Positions 40,523 through 50,852 of a stretch of DNA of 64,000 nucleotides are shown here, in pieces. The DNA is taken from positions 2,080,001 through 2,144,000 of the forward strand of contig OZ245817.1 of assembly GCA_965228475.1 (NCBI GenBank), written 5' to 3'. Positions within the stretch are counted from its first letter, which is position 1. Each line of letters opens with the position of its first letter. Source of the stretch: Myxococcota bacterium (GTDB lineage Bacteria > Myxococcota_A > UBA9160 > JAFDDA01). Below the pieces are notes generated by a model. That model saw only the letters and a program-made list of their open reading frames with translations. It was not told the DNA's origin and made no database searches. Both the position numbers and the translations under genes were made by a program.

Positions 40523-41538
40523 CCGGGGCCACGGGCATCGGCGCGATCGCGATCGGACGCAACGAGGGCGCGCGGCTCGAGCGCTGCCTCGATTCCCTGG
40601 TCGGCGTCGCGGACGTCGTGGTCTACGTCGACAGCGGTTCGACCGACGGCTCCCGGGAGCGGGCGCGGGCCCGGGGCGTTCACGTGGTGGAGCTTCCGAA
40701 GGGGACCGGCTTCACCGCCGGCCGGGCGCGCAACCTCGGCTTCGAGACCCTCCGCGCGCAGGCGCCCGATCTCGCCTTCGTCCAGTTCGTCGACGGGGAC
40801 TGCGAGGTCGTCCCCGGCTGGCTCGGGGACGCGAAGGCGCACCTCGAAGCGCATCCCGAGGTGGCGGTCGTCTGCGGGCGCCGGCGCGAGCGCGCGCCCG
40901 AAGCCACGCCCTACAACCGGATCACCGACATGGAGTGGAACACGCCGATCGGCGAGCGGGACGATTGCGGGGGCGACGCACTCTTTCGCGCCGGGGTGTT
41001 CGCCGCCGCCGGAGGCTTTGACCCGAACCTGATCGCCGGCGAAGAGCCCGAGCTCTGTCTCCGGATCCGCCGCGAGGGCCACCGGATCCACCGCATCGAC
41101 CGGGACATGACGCTCCACGACGCGGACCTCCGGTACTTCGGGCAGTGGTGGCGGCGCCAGGTGCGGTCCGGGCACGCCTACGTCGAGTCGGTGCATCTCC
41201 ACGGCGGCAGCGAGGACCGCTTCTTCGTGCGCAACCTGGTCTCCATCGGGGCCTGGGCGCTCGCGCCCCCGGCGCTCGCGCTGCTCGGCGTGCTGTTCTT
41301 CGGGTGGCCCGGGCTCCTGCCGCTCGGGCTCTACGCGGTGCTGGCCGCGCGGGTGTTCCGGGCCAGGCGTCGCCTCGAGGATCCGGCGGGGCACGCCGCG
41401 CTCTACGCGGCTTCCGTCGTCGTCGGCAAGTGGGCCGAGTTCCAAGGCACCGTCACCTACGCCTGGAACCGCTTCGTGCGCGGCCGCCGGACCGGGCTGC
41501 TCGAGTACAAGGGGCCGGACGAGCCGTCGTCTTCCTGA
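40519..41538 (+). CDS. Glycosyltransferase family 2
   Basis: IGRNEG, YVDSGSTDGS, FVDGD and AGEEPELC motifs; GTG start overlapping the upstream stop. Confidence 0.9.
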   Translation: MTGATGIGAIAIGRNEGARLERCLDSLVGVADVVVYVDSGSTDGSRERARARGVHVVELPKGTGFTAGRARNLGFETLRAQAPDLAFVQFVDGDCEVVPGWLGDAKAHLEAHPEVAVVCGRRRERAPEATPYNRITDMEWNTPIGERDDCGGDALFRAGVFAAAGGFDPNLIAGEEPELCLRIRREGHRIHRIDRDMTLHDADLRYFGQWWRRQVRSGHAYVESVHLHGGSEDRFFVRNLVSIGAWALAPPALALLGVLFFGWPGLLPLGLYAVLAARVFRARRRLEDPAGHAALYAASVVVGKWAEFQGTVTYAWNRFVRGRRTGLLEYKGPDEPSSS

Positions 41539-41557
41539 CGTCCGCGTCTCCGGCCGG

Positions 41558-43441
41558 CTAGCGCTGGGGATCGATCCGGACGTGGCGCCGGAGGTGCTCG
41601 CGGACGCGGCCGCGCTCCTCGCCCGCCAGACAGATGCGCGCCCAGACGTCGAGCAGCAGCAGGCGCAGGCGCAGGCCCGGATCGCCTTCGGCGACGACGT
41701 GACCGAGGGTCTCGGCGTCGAGCCCGAAGTGCTCCGCGACGAAGGAGCCCGCGAGGGCGTCCGCGTCGTACCGCATGCGCTCGAAGGCGCTCACCGGGAA
41801 GCCCATCTTCCGGCGCTGGGAGAGCTCGCGCGGGAGATAGCGATCGGCCACCTGACGCACGACCCACTTGTCCCGGAAGAACGGATGCGCGCGCTCGAGG
41901 GTGCGCGGGGAGAAGCGGATCTTGTAGCGGCGCGGCAGGTTGACGGCGAAGCGCACGAGCGGTTCGTGGAGGAACGGGAAGCGCGCCTCGATGCTCGCCG
42001 CCATGCCGAGGCGATCGTTGCGGTGGAGCAGGGTGCGCAGGTGATACCCGAGCAGGTCGAGGGTCCGGGCGTTGCCTCCGGGCTTTCGGCCGAGGGCCTC
42101 GGACCAGACGCGCCGGTTGGCCTCCTCTTCGCTCTCCCGCTCGCGGCCGTCGAGGAGCCAGAGTGCCGCGGGCACCGGCCCCTCCGGCGGCGGCAGGAGG
42201 CGGCGGCCGAGGCCGGGGATCGCGCGAACGGCCCGGGCCGCGCGCTCGAGCCAGCCCTTCCAGGCGCGCTCGACCGGCTCCTGGGTGAGCCAGGCGTAGC
42301 CGAGGAAGCACTCGTCCGAGCCCTCCCCGGAGAGCACGCCCTTCACGCCGTGCTCCCGGACGAGGCGGGAAACCGCAAGGAACGGGCCCGAGTTCGGGTG
42401 ATAGCTGAAGGGTTGCTCGTAGTGGGCGACGACGTCGGGGGCGGAGTCCAGGAAATCCGCGTCGCGAAGCTCGACCTTCGCGAGGTCGAGCTTCAGGTGA
42501 TCGGCCAGCCGGCGGGCGGCTTCGTACTCGCTTCCGGGGCCGACGACGTCCGCGTGGAAGATGGCGAGGTCGCCGTGGCGCCGGGCGGCCATGGCCATCA
42601 GCAGCGAGGAGTCGATCCCGCCGCTGCACAGCGCGCCGACGGCGGCGTCGGCGAAGAGCATCTGGTCGACGGCGTCCTGCAGGAGTGCGTCCGCGCGGTC
42701 GACGATGGCCGTCGCCCCGAGGTGTTCGAGGCTCTCACTCTCGTCCGGGTCGAGCCAATCGCGGGCCTGGAAGAAGACCCCGGGCCGGGCCTCGGCGCCG
42801 CCGAGGGTCCAGGTGAGGGTCGCGCCCGGCGGCAGGTTCCGCACGCCGGCGAAGAGGCTGCGCTCGCGCATCGGCGCCGGGGTCCCCAGCACGTAGCTGG
42901 CCAGGGCGTTCGGGTCCGGCGCGGGCGCGCTCCACGGGGCGAAGGCCGCCACCTCGGAGGCGAAGTAGAGTGCGTGCTCGTCCTCGAACAGACAGAGCGG
43001 TTTGATGCCGAAGCGGTCGCGCGCGAGCAGGACGCTTCCGGCCTCCCGGTCGTAGAAGGCGAAGGCGAACATGCCTTCGAGGCGGGCCAGGGTGGCGTCG
43101 GGCCCCCACTGGATGAGCGCGTGGAGGATGACCTCCGTATCGCTCGTGCTGCGAAACTTCACACCCGCGGCGTGGAGCTCCTCGCGCATCGGGCGGAAGT
43201 TGTAGACCTCGCCGTTGTAGACGAGGCAATGCCGCTGGTCGTCGCTCCAGAAGGGCTGCTGGCCCGCCGGCGAGAGATCGACGAGCGCGAGGCGCGTGTG
43301 CACGAAGCCGAGGCCGGGCTGGCGGTGGATGCCGGCCGCATCGGGCCCGCGATGGCCCAGCCGCCTGGCGGTGGCCTCGAGGCGGGCTTCGTCCGGGACG
43401 TGGCTCGCGTCTCGCGGAAGGACGCCGAAGATTCCGCACAT
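41558..43441 (-). CDS. asnB: Glutamine-hydrolysing asparagine synthase family amidotransferase (polysaccharide-locus type)
   Basis: MCGIFG, HRGPD, YNGEVYNF, SDTEV, RDRFGIKPL, SGGIDSS, SGEGSDE and EARFPFL. Confidence 0.93.
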   Translation of the reverse strand: MCGIFGVLPRDASHVPDEARLEATARRLGHRGPDAAGIHRQPGLGFVHTRLALVDLSPAGQQPFWSDDQRHCLVYNGEVYNFRPMREELHAAGVKFRSTSDTEVILHALIQWGPDATLARLEGMFAFAFYDREAGSVLLARDRFGIKPLCLFEDEHALYFASEVAAFAPWSAPAPDPNALASYVLGTPAPMRERSLFAGVRNLPPGATLTWTLGGAEARPGVFFQARDWLDPDESESLEHLGATAIVDRADALLQDAVDQMLFADAAVGALCSGGIDSSLLMAMAARRHGDLAIFHADVVGPGSEYEAARRLADHLKLDLAKVELRDADFLDSAPDVVAHYEQPFSYHPNSGPFLAVSRLVREHGVKGVLSGEGSDECFLGYAWLTQEPVERAWKGWLERAARAVRAIPGLGRRLLPPPEGPVPAALWLLDGRERESEEEANRRVWSEALGRKPGGNARTLDLLGYHLRTLLHRNDRLGMAASIEARFPFLHEPLVRFAVNLPRRYKIRFSPRTLERAHPFFRDKWVVRQVADRYLPRELSQRRKMGFPVSAFERMRYDADALAGSFVAEHFGLDAETLGHVVAEGDPGLRLRLLLLDVWARICLAGEERGRVREHLRRHVRIDPQR

Positions 43442-43647
43442 TGCCGAGCGTTTGCTCCCGAGGCTGCCTTCGGCCGTGGCCGGGTTCGCGATCGAGCGTA
43501 ACCAACCCCTGGTTCGGCGCATCGCCCGCGGAGCTGAAACGAACCCTTGCCCTTGCGAGTGTGGCCGCGGGCAAACGAAACGGGCGGCCCGCACGCGAGC
43601 CGCCCGTTCGATCGATCATGCCCTAGCGCGTGCCAGGGCCTCCCGCG

Positions 43648-45564
43648 CTAGGGCAGGAGGATGGGCGCGGCCGGCGGCTGCGGGCCGTTGCCGCCGCCGC
43701 CTCCGGCCTGGCAGGCCGAGGCGCCGACCTCGTGGGCGCCGACGTCGAAGCCCGCGCCCTCGGCGCGGCAGTGGCGGTAGAAGTCGACGTGGACGAAGTC
43801 GCCCTGGTTCGCGGCCAGGTCGTGGCCGGCGTCGATCGCGGCCATCCCCGGCGTGAGCTTGAAGTCCTCGGGCCCGTCGAGCTGGGAGGCGCTCGCGATG
43901 AACGGGTGCCCGCCGTACTCCGAGCCGTCCCGCATGTTGCCGTGGGTCGTCCAGCCGCCGCCGGTGGCGAGCGTCTTGGTCGAGCTCGGCACCCACATCA
44001 GGTTGTTGGCGCAGAGGTGGGAGCTGCCGCCGGCGGAGTTCCGGCACATCACGGTCTGATGGGCCGCGCCGTTCCAGGCCACGGTGTTGTGGGTCACCGT
44101 GTGGTTGTCCCGGTTCGCCTGGGCGCCGCCGAGGGTCGGGCCGCGGTTGCTGATCTCGAGGATCGCCGTGTTCCAGGCTGTCGGCAGGTTCGTCAGGTTG
44201 AAGATGTTGTTGCGGACCGTCATGTCCGAGCCTTCGAGCCACAGGGCGCTGTTGAGCTGCGACGTCCCCGACGACGAGTAGTCGAAGTCGAAGTAGTTGC
44301 GCTCGAAGATGAAGTTCTCGGTCTGGTTGCCGTTGCTTCCGCCGAGGTTGCACTCGTGGTCGAGGCAGGTGCGGATCACCCGCGAGCCGGTCCGGTTGGT
44401 GAGCCGGTTGTCGGAGATGATGTTGTACTGATCCCGCACGTCACCGGAGCAGCCCGCCTCGGACTTTCCGCAGGCGCGGAAGGTGAACAGTCCGCCGTAG
44501 TTCGAGCTGACCGAGCGCCCGTGCTGGTAGACCGTGTGGCTCATCCGCATGCTGCGGAAGGGCGGCGTGCTGGCGCCCGAGCCGTCGATGTCGAGGCCCA
44601 GGTACATGGTGTCGACGCTGCGGTGCCAGATCCAGCGGACGTTGCCCCGCGGCCGGCACGAGATCTCGACGAAGGCGAGGCCGCGCGGGTGCGGGTTCGA
44701 CCGGTTCCAGAAGTCGATGCAGGCGAACACGTCGTTCATGTTCAGGTCGTAGCCGAGCGCGTGGTTCACGATCGCCGACGAGTTGCCGGGCTGGCCGATG
44801 GGCGTGCCGCCGCCCTGGAAGTCGAGCCCGGTCACGCGCCAATCCGTGCGCAGCTCGATCAGGACCTGGTCGTGGCTCCCGGTCGAGTTCATGCGCGGGC
44901 GCGCGCCGCTGCCGAAGGCGCCGATGTGGACCGGGCCCGCGGTGTTGTTCGCGTAGATGCCGATGGAGAAGGAGTCCCCGCGGCGGAAGAGGTGGCGCGT
45001 GTTCGGGCCCATGCGGCCCGAGAGCGCCGAGTTGAAGCTGCTGACGCCCGAGACCTGGTTGGAGCCCGACGGGCAGCCCGAGAAGTTGCTGCCGTTGGCG
45101 TAGCAGTAGGTCGCGGCCCAGTTGTGTTCGTCGTTGCCCTCGACGGTGATCGTCGTCGAGCGCGTGATCGACTCGCCGGCCGGGTTGGTGATGGTGACCG
45201 TGACGTCGTAGGTCCCGCCCTCGGTGAAGAGGTGGCCGGCGACGGCGCCGATCGCCTGGTTCTTGCTCTGGCCCGAGAAGGTCCAGGAGCCCGAGCCGGG
45301 ATCGTCGAAGTTCCACTCGTAGTGGAGCGTGTGGAACGGGCGCTGCACCGAGGAGTCCGTGGCCGCGCTGGCGTCGAAGTGGACGGCGAGCGGGGCGACG
45401 CCGCTCGTGCGGCTCACGCGGATGTTCGAGAGCGACGGTGCGGCCGCGGCTTCCAAGGAGAAGCCGAGCAGCAGGACGAAGCTCAACAATGCAGTGGCGC
45501 CCCAGGACCGCGGCGAAGCGGACGGGTGGGACCGGAACCAGGAAGACGGATGGCAGCGAGCCAT
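43648..45564 (-). CDS. Secreted PKD-domain / parallel beta-helix protein
   Basis: Signal peptide LLSFVLLLGFSLEAAA; PKD SGVAPLAVHFDAS..YEWNF..GTYDVTVT; Asn-rich beta-helix repeats; C-terminal AIDAG..DVGAHE motif and Gly/Pro tail; start uncertain. Confidence 0.75.
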   Translation of the reverse strand: MARCHPSSWFRSHPSASPRSWGATALLSFVLLLGFSLEAAAAPSLSNIRVSRTSGVAPLAVHFDASAATDSSVQRPFHTLHYEWNFDDPGSGSWTFSGQSKNQAIGAVAGHLFTEGGTYDVTVTITNPAGESITRSTTITVEGNDEHNWAATYCYANGSNFSGCPSGSNQVSGVSSFNSALSGRMGPNTRHLFRRGDSFSIGIYANNTAGPVHIGAFGSGARPRMNSTGSHDQVLIELRTDWRVTGLDFQGGGTPIGQPGNSSAIVNHALGYDLNMNDVFACIDFWNRSNPHPRGLAFVEISCRPRGNVRWIWHRSVDTMYLGLDIDGSGASTPPFRSMRMSHTVYQHGRSVSSNYGGLFTFRACGKSEAGCSGDVRDQYNIISDNRLTNRTGSRVIRTCLDHECNLGGSNGNQTENFIFERNYFDFDYSSSGTSQLNSALWLEGSDMTVRNNIFNLTNLPTAWNTAILEISNRGPTLGGAQANRDNHTVTHNTVAWNGAAHQTVMCRNSAGGSSHLCANNLMWVPSSTKTLATGGGWTTHGNMRDGSEYGGHPFIASASQLDGPEDFKLTPGMAAIDAGHDLAANQGDFVHVDFYRHCRAEGAGFDVGAHEVGASACQAGGGGGNGPQPPAAPILLP

Positions 45565-45720
45565 GCGGTGAACCCCCAACGAAGACAATGGCAGAACTCC
45601 CGGACCGGACGCCACCGCGCCCAGTCGCTTCACCTTGAAGCGGGTGCTGGGAGAGACGGGTGGCTCAAGGGCGGACGCCCGGCTGTATGAGGGGGTATCG
45701 GTTGTGACACCGCCGACCGG

Positions 45721-45736
45721 CGTGATTCTCCACACC
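45721..45736. promoter_or_regulatory. Weaker Crp-family site candidate CGTGA-TTCTCC-ACACC
   Basis: 7/8 match to the GTGA-N6-TCAC core in the divergent intergenic region between the PKD and SGNH genes. Confidence 0.35.
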
Positions 45737-45913
45737 AATCGACTTCGGAGCGCATTTTCGGCGATTTTGCCGCTCTTCTGCACAGGAACGAAACGTTCTG
45801 CACACGAACGGGCACCACCGGCCTGCCGCTCGCGGGAGCTTGTAGTCCAGCTGCGGGCCGATTGCTAGCTTGCGAGCCCTCGCGATTTCGGCGGGTTTCC
45901 CGGGAGGAGGGCG

Positions 45914-47029
45914 ATGCGAGGCCTGATGGTACGGCTGGCAGCCTTGGCGGCGAGCGCGCTCCTGGCGCTGGTCCTGCTCGAATGCGGCGTCGTGGGCCTG
46001 ATCGGAGAACAGCCGAAGTTCCCGCGCCACGTGGTCGGCGCCGAGTTCGGCGTGCGCGTGAACGAGCCCGGGGCCCGCTATCGCCATCGCTCGGCGGACG
46101 TCGACGTCGGCTTCTCGATCAACTCCCGCGGGCTCCGGGACACCCGCGAGTTCGACTACGAGAAACCGCCGGGCCGGAGCCGGATCGTCTCCCTCGGAGA
46201 CTCCTTCACGGTCGGCTACGAGGTCGAGGCGGAGGAGACCTTCTCGCAGGTGCTCGAGGCCCGGCTGCGCGCGGCCGGCCACGACGTCGAGGTCCTGAAC
46301 GCGGGCGTCTCGGGCTACAGCAACGCCGAAGCGCTGCTCTACCTCGAGCGCGAGCTGCTCCGCTACGAGCCCGACGTGGTGGTGCTCTCCTTCTTCGGCA
46401 ACGATCTCGTCGACAACCGGCGGACGGGGCTCTTCCGGCTCGAAGACGGCGCGCTCGTTCCGGTGGCCGAGGGCTATGTGCCGGCGGGGGGCCTCGGAAA
46501 CTTCCTGAACACCAACCCGGTGTTCAACTGGTTCAGCGAGCACTCGAACGCCTTCGTCCTGGTGAAAGAGAAGGCGACCCACCTGGTGAAGCGCCGGATG
46601 GTGGCGCGCAACGTCGCGAACCTCGAAGCGGCCTCGGCCGAGCCGTCCGATGCCGAGCCCGCCGCGAGCGAGGGCGGCGGCGAGACCGGCGAAGACGCCG
46701 ACGCCCGGCTGGCCGCGGCCCTGATCGAGCGGATGTACGAGGTCGCGCGGGGGGCGGGGGCGGCCTTCCTCGTTCACAGCATCCCGTCGCCCGTGCCCGG
46801 CATCGAGCCGGAGCGGCTGCTCGAGCTCTTCCCCGTCGATCTCGTCGACTTCACGCGCGAGGGGATCGCCTTCGTGCCGAGCCAGCCGCTGCTCGAGCCG
46901 CTGCGCGAGCGGGAGCTCCTCTACTACACGCGCTCCCACGGCCACTGGACGCCCGCGGCCCACCGCGTCGCCGGCGAGGCGCTCGCCGAGGCGATCACTG
47001 CGCGGGGATGGCTTCCGTCGGGAGGCTAG
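45914..47029 (+). CDS. Membrane-anchored SGNH/GDSL-fold protein
   Basis: N-terminal TM; INSRGLRD, LGDSFTVG, NAGVSGYS, FGND and GHWTPAAH. Confidence 0.82.
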   Translation: MRGLMVRLAALAASALLALVLLECGVVGLIGEQPKFPRHVVGAEFGVRVNEPGARYRHRSADVDVGFSINSRGLRDTREFDYEKPPGRSRIVSLGDSFTVGYEVEAEETFSQVLEARLRAAGHDVEVLNAGVSGYSNAEALLYLERELLRYEPDVVVLSFFGNDLVDNRRTGLFRLEDGALVPVAEGYVPAGGLGNFLNTNPVFNWFSEHSNAFVLVKEKATHLVKRRMVARNVANLEAASAEPSDAEPAASEGGGETGEDADARLAAALIERMYEVARGAGAAFLVHSIPSPVPGIEPERLLELFPVDLVDFTREGIAFVPSQPLLEPLRERELLYYTRSHGHWTPAAHRVAGEALAEAITARGWLPSGG

Positions 47030-48416
47030 CGGCGCGCGCGGCTCGCGGGCGCCGCCGTCGGGCGTAGAGCAGCTGGCGCACGGTGGCGTGGAGCGCCCCT
47101 GCGAGGAAGATCGGGAAGCTCGTGTAGAAGCCGTTCGGGAGCTGGTCGAGCGCCCGCACGAGGATGATCGCCGCCGTCCCGACCACGATGATCCGGTCTC
47201 CGCGCCCGCGGATGCGCGAAAGGTTGCGGGCGGCGGACGTCGCGGGCCAGAGGTAGAGGATGTACCAGCACAGGAGCCCGGCCACGCCCCGGGAGCCCAG
47301 CTGGATGATCCACGCGCCGTCCGGGACGGTATCGCTCACGCCGGTGACCGGGTCGTAGATCCAGTTGCGGGCGTATCCGCCCCAGCCGAACCACGGCCGC
47401 TCGCGCCAGCGGTCGAGCATCCGGTCCTCGTTCTCGAAGCGGAAGTTCAGGGAGCCCGCCCGGGTCTCGTCGAAGGCCGCCGCGGTCTCGACCAGCAGGC
47501 CGGTGGGGAAGGTCTCCGTCATCCGCAGGGCCGGGTAGATCGCGATGAAGGCGACGATCACGAGACACATCCGTCCGAGCCACTGGGTGGGGAGGAGCGA
47601 GAGGACCGGCAGGAAGACGAGCCCCCAGACCGCGGCCGCAATGCTCTTGCACAGCAGCAGGATGCCGAGCAGATAGAACGAGAGCGGCCGGGCCGGGACG
47701 CCGACCACGCGCGCCCGGATCCTCGCGAGCAGGGTCGCCCCCATCACCGTCGTGGCCATGAAGACGCCGACCGCGATGCCGCTCTCCATGAAGACGGTCG
47801 GGCGATAGCCCCCGAAGCGGATGTTCTTCGCGAACTGGTTCTGGTGGTAGCCGTAGATCCAGTTGTGGAGCTGGGGCGAGAGCCGAAGCTCGATCAGGAT
47901 CAGCCCCGTGTAGATCACGCCCCCGGCGACGAGCAGCATCAGGACGAAGCGCAGGTCCCGCGGCGTTCGGATCAGCGCGCGGCCGAGGAAGAAGGGGAGG
48001 CCGAAGCGGATGAGGTCGTCGAAGGCCGTCGCCAGGCCGTCCCAGAGGGTGAGCCCGGGCTTCACCGTCGGGCCGTACTGCAGTACGTCGCGGTTGGTCA
48101 GGATCGTCAGGAAGCCGCAGAGCACGAGGACGAGGATCAGACCCTCGAGGCCCGAGCCGAAGCGTGCGCGGGCCAGGATCTGGGGCCGGGAGATCAGGAC
48201 TCCGGCCAGCACGCTCAGGTAGGTAATCTCCTCCTTGCCGAGGCTCGGGAGCCCCGGGAAGTCGAAGGAGATCCGTTCCGGCAGGAACAGCAGCGAGACC
48301 AGGATCAGCGCGGGCGCCGCCATGGCCGGGCGCCAGACCCGGCACGCGACCAGCGCGACCAGTGGCATGGCGATCAGGGTCGCCCAGGCCAGCAGGTTCG
48401 GCGTTCCGTAGATCAA
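46995..48416 (-). CDS. Wzy polymerase / O-antigen ligase-like membrane protein
   Basis: Many TM helices; RAGSLNFRF..E..RPWFGWG periplasmic motif; position in the Wzz/CapB operon. Confidence 0.75.
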   Translation of the reverse strand: MIYGTPNLLAWATLIAMPLVALVACRVWRPAMAAPALILVSLLFLPERISFDFPGLPSLGKEEITYLSVLAGVLISRPQILARARFGSGLEGLILVLVLCGFLTILTNRDVLQYGPTVKPGLTLWDGLATAFDDLIRFGLPFFLGRALIRTPRDLRFVLMLLVAGGVIYTGLILIELRLSPQLHNWIYGYHQNQFAKNIRFGGYRPTVFMESGIAVGVFMATTVMGATLLARIRARVVGVPARPLSFYLLGILLLCKSIAAAVWGLVFLPVLSLLPTQWLGRMCLVIVAFIAIYPALRMTETFPTGLLVETAAAFDETRAGSLNFRFENEDRMLDRWRERPWFGWGGYARNWIYDPVTGVSDTVPDGAWIIQLGSRGVAGLLCWYILYLWPATSAARNLSRIRGRGDRIIVVGTAAIILVRALDQLPNGFYTSFPIFLAGALHATVRQLLYARRRRPRAARAASLPTEAIPAQ

Positions 48417-48462
48417 TGGCGCGTCCCGAGGATCAATTCCGCGTCGCGTAGATCACGGGCTG

Positions 48463-49851
48463 CTAGGAGATCCGCGGCACGGACCCGAGCACCGGCAGAT
48501 CCGCGAGGCCCTCGACCTGGCTCGCGGAGATCAGCACCGGGTCGAGCGTCTCGAGCACCACGGCGATGCCGAGCGCCATGCCGAGGGAGACGACCAGGCC
48601 GGCGGCGAGGTACTTCCAGCGGTTCTTCGAGGGCCGCGTCGGGACCTCCGCCCAGTTGAGGACCGAGACGCGCTCGCCGTGCTGGGCGGTCTCGAGGCTC
48701 TGGGCGAGCTCGGCCTCCTGCACTTTCCGCAGGTAGTCGACGTAGGTCTCGCGCAGCACCTCGGCCTTCTCCTCGAGAGCGGAGAGCGCCTCGGAGCGCG
48801 AAGGCGTGCGCGCGACCTGGGAATCGAGGTCGCGCAGGTCCGCCTCCGTCTGGTTCAGCTGGGCCCGGAGTTCGAGCAGGGTGCCTCGCTCCGCGGCGAC
48901 CAGGGCCGCCTGGGGATTCGCCGCGACCGCCTGGGGGTTCGCGGCGATCTCGGCCTCGACCAGGGCGATCTCGTCCTTCAGCGAAGTCACGTCCGGGTGC
49001 CGTTCGGTCTTGATCGAGAGCTCGCGGGCCAGCTGGGCGCGCAGCTCCAGGAGCCGGCCGTCCGGTGTCGCCGTCGGGGCGGCTGGCGTCTGCGAGAGCT
49101 GCGCCATGCGGTTCGAGGCTTCCGCGATCTGCAGGGCCAGGGACTGCCGCTGCTCCTGGAGGCGGTCGAGCTTGCCGAGGTTCGCTTCGAGCTCCGAGGG
49201 CAGCTCGCCGCGGTAGGTCTCCTTGAATTCGCGGATCGCGGCGTTCTGGGCGCGCAGCTCCTCGTCCGCCTGTTCGAGCTGGCGACGCAGGAAGTCCGTG
49301 GTCAGCTGGGCCTGCTTCGTGCGGCTGCGGATGTTCTCGGCGGGCAGGAGACCGGCGACCTCGTTCGCCACGCCCGCGGCGGCGATCGGCGTGTCCGCCT
49401 CGAAGCGCACGGTGAAGATGCGGGCGCTGTCGGGGCCGGTGCGCGTGAAGCCGGCGGCCGGCTGGATGCGGGTCTCGAGCCGGGCCCGCGCCACGAGCTC
49501 GCCCATCGGGACCTTGCCGCGCAGGGCGGGGTAGAGATCGTGCTTCTCGATCAGGTCGGCGAGGGTCTCGTGGGTGAGCACGCGGCCGACCAGGGCGTCG
49601 ATGCGCTGGAGGGAGTCGTCGGCCACGGTCGGCCGGACGAAGTCCTCGGGGATCTGCTGTCGTTCGACGAGGACCGAGGCCTCGGCCTCGTAGCGCGGCT
49701 TCATCATGAAGAGCAGGGCGCCCGTCGCCACGAGCCCGACCAGCCCGGCGGCCAGCATCCAGCGCCAGCGGCGGCGCACCATGCCGACCGGGTCGGAGAG
49801 GAACGCCGGAAGGCTCGAACCTCCGCCGTCGTCGAATTCGTCCATGCTCAT
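48463..49851 (-). CDS. Polysaccharide chain-length determinant / co-polymerase (Wzz/GumC)
   Basis: RRRWRW-TM-PRYEAEA, coiled coil with HPDV, C-terminal P..P-TM. Confidence 0.9.
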   Translation of the reverse strand: MSMDEFDDGGGSSLPAFLSDPVGMVRRRWRWMLAAGLVGLVATGALLFMMKPRYEAEASVLVERQQIPEDFVRPTVADDSLQRIDALVGRVLTHETLADLIEKHDLYPALRGKVPMGELVARARLETRIQPAAGFTRTGPDSARIFTVRFEADTPIAAAGVANEVAGLLPAENIRSRTKQAQLTTDFLRRQLEQADEELRAQNAAIREFKETYRGELPSELEANLGKLDRLQEQRQSLALQIAEASNRMAQLSQTPAAPTATPDGRLLELRAQLARELSIKTERHPDVTSLKDEIALVEAEIAANPQAVAANPQAALVAAERGTLLELRAQLNQTEADLRDLDSQVARTPSRSEALSALEEKAEVLRETYVDYLRKVQEAELAQSLETAQHGERVSVLNWAEVPTRPSKNRWKYLAAGLVVSLGMALGIAVVLETLDPVLISASQVEGLADLPVLGSVPRIS

Positions 49852-50852
49852 CGGGACGGTTCCTCGTCGCTCTCGAAGTCTTCTTCGCCGCTCAGGACTT
49901 CCTCGTCGCGGCGCATGTAGTAGCCGTACTGGCTGCCGTGGCGGCTCGTGCCGGCCTCGTTCAGGTGGATGCCGATCAGCTGGTCGCGCGGGAGGAGGCC
50001 GAGGGCCTCTTCCATGTTCGAGCGGGACGTCTGCCCGGACCGGACCACGAACAGCGCAGCGCCGAAGTGCGGCATGGCCAGGGAGACGTCCGGGACGAGC
50101 AGGACCGGCGGCGTATCGGCGACGACCAGGGCGTAGCGTTCGCCGAGCTCCTCCATCGCGCGGCCGAAGGCGGCGGTGGCGAGCATCTCGTGGGCGTGCG
50201 GGATGGGGCGCACGACCGGCAGGACGTCGAGGTCCGTCATGCTCGTGCGATGGCAGGCCTCGGCGAGGTCCGCCTCGCCGCGCAGCACGGCGTCGAACCC
50301 GACCTTCGGCCGGATCCCGAGGCCGCGCGCCACGCTCGGCCGGCGCAGGTCGAGGTCCACGAGGATCACGCGGCGCCCGGCCGACATGGACGCGAGCGCC
50401 ATGGCCAGGTTGCAGCTCGTGACGGTCTTGCCTTCGTGGCGCAGCCCGCTCGTGACGGCCAGACGGTTCACACCCCGGGCCTCGAGTTCGCGGCGAACGC
50501 GCAGGGCCAGATGGCGAAAGCGCTCGGTGACGGCGCCGGGCGGAGCGGACTCCATGGCGCGCGCTTGCCAGAAGCCCGAGCGGGTGGGCCGGATTCTCAG
50601 GATCTCCCGGTTCGGATCGAGGGGGCGGGGCGCCGGCGGGGCGGGGCGCGCCGGTGCGATCCGCGGCTCCGCGGGCGGCGGGACGTCCCGCTTCCGCTCG
50701 GCATCCGGTTTCCGTTCGGCATCCGGGGTCGGGCGCAGCTCACGTTCGGCGTCCGGGTCCCTTGCCGGGGGCCGGGGCTCGCGTTCGCCGCGCTCTTCGC
50801 GCGCGGCGCGTTCGGCCCGGGCCCGGCGGAGGGCATCGGCGATCTCACCCAT
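49848..50852 (-). CDS. CpsD/CapB family tyrosine-protein kinase
   Basis: TSGLRHEGKT, VDLDLRRP and DTPP; C-terminal YGYY cluster; start MGEIADAL. Confidence 0.92.
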   Translation of the reverse strand: MGEIADALRRARAERAAREERGEREPRPPARDPDAERELRPTPDAERKPDAERKRDVPPPAEPRIAPARPAPPAPRPLDPNREILRIRPTRSGFWQARAMESAPPGAVTERFRHLALRVRRELEARGVNRLAVTSGLRHEGKTVTSCNLAMALASMSAGRRVILVDLDLRRPSVARGLGIRPKVGFDAVLRGEADLAEACHRTSMTDLDVLPVVRPIPHAHEMLATAAFGRAMEELGERYALVVADTPPVLLVPDVSLAMPHFGAALFVVRSGQTSRSNMEEALGLLPRDQLIGIHLNEAGTSRHGSQYGYYMRRDEEVLSGEEDFESDEEPSR

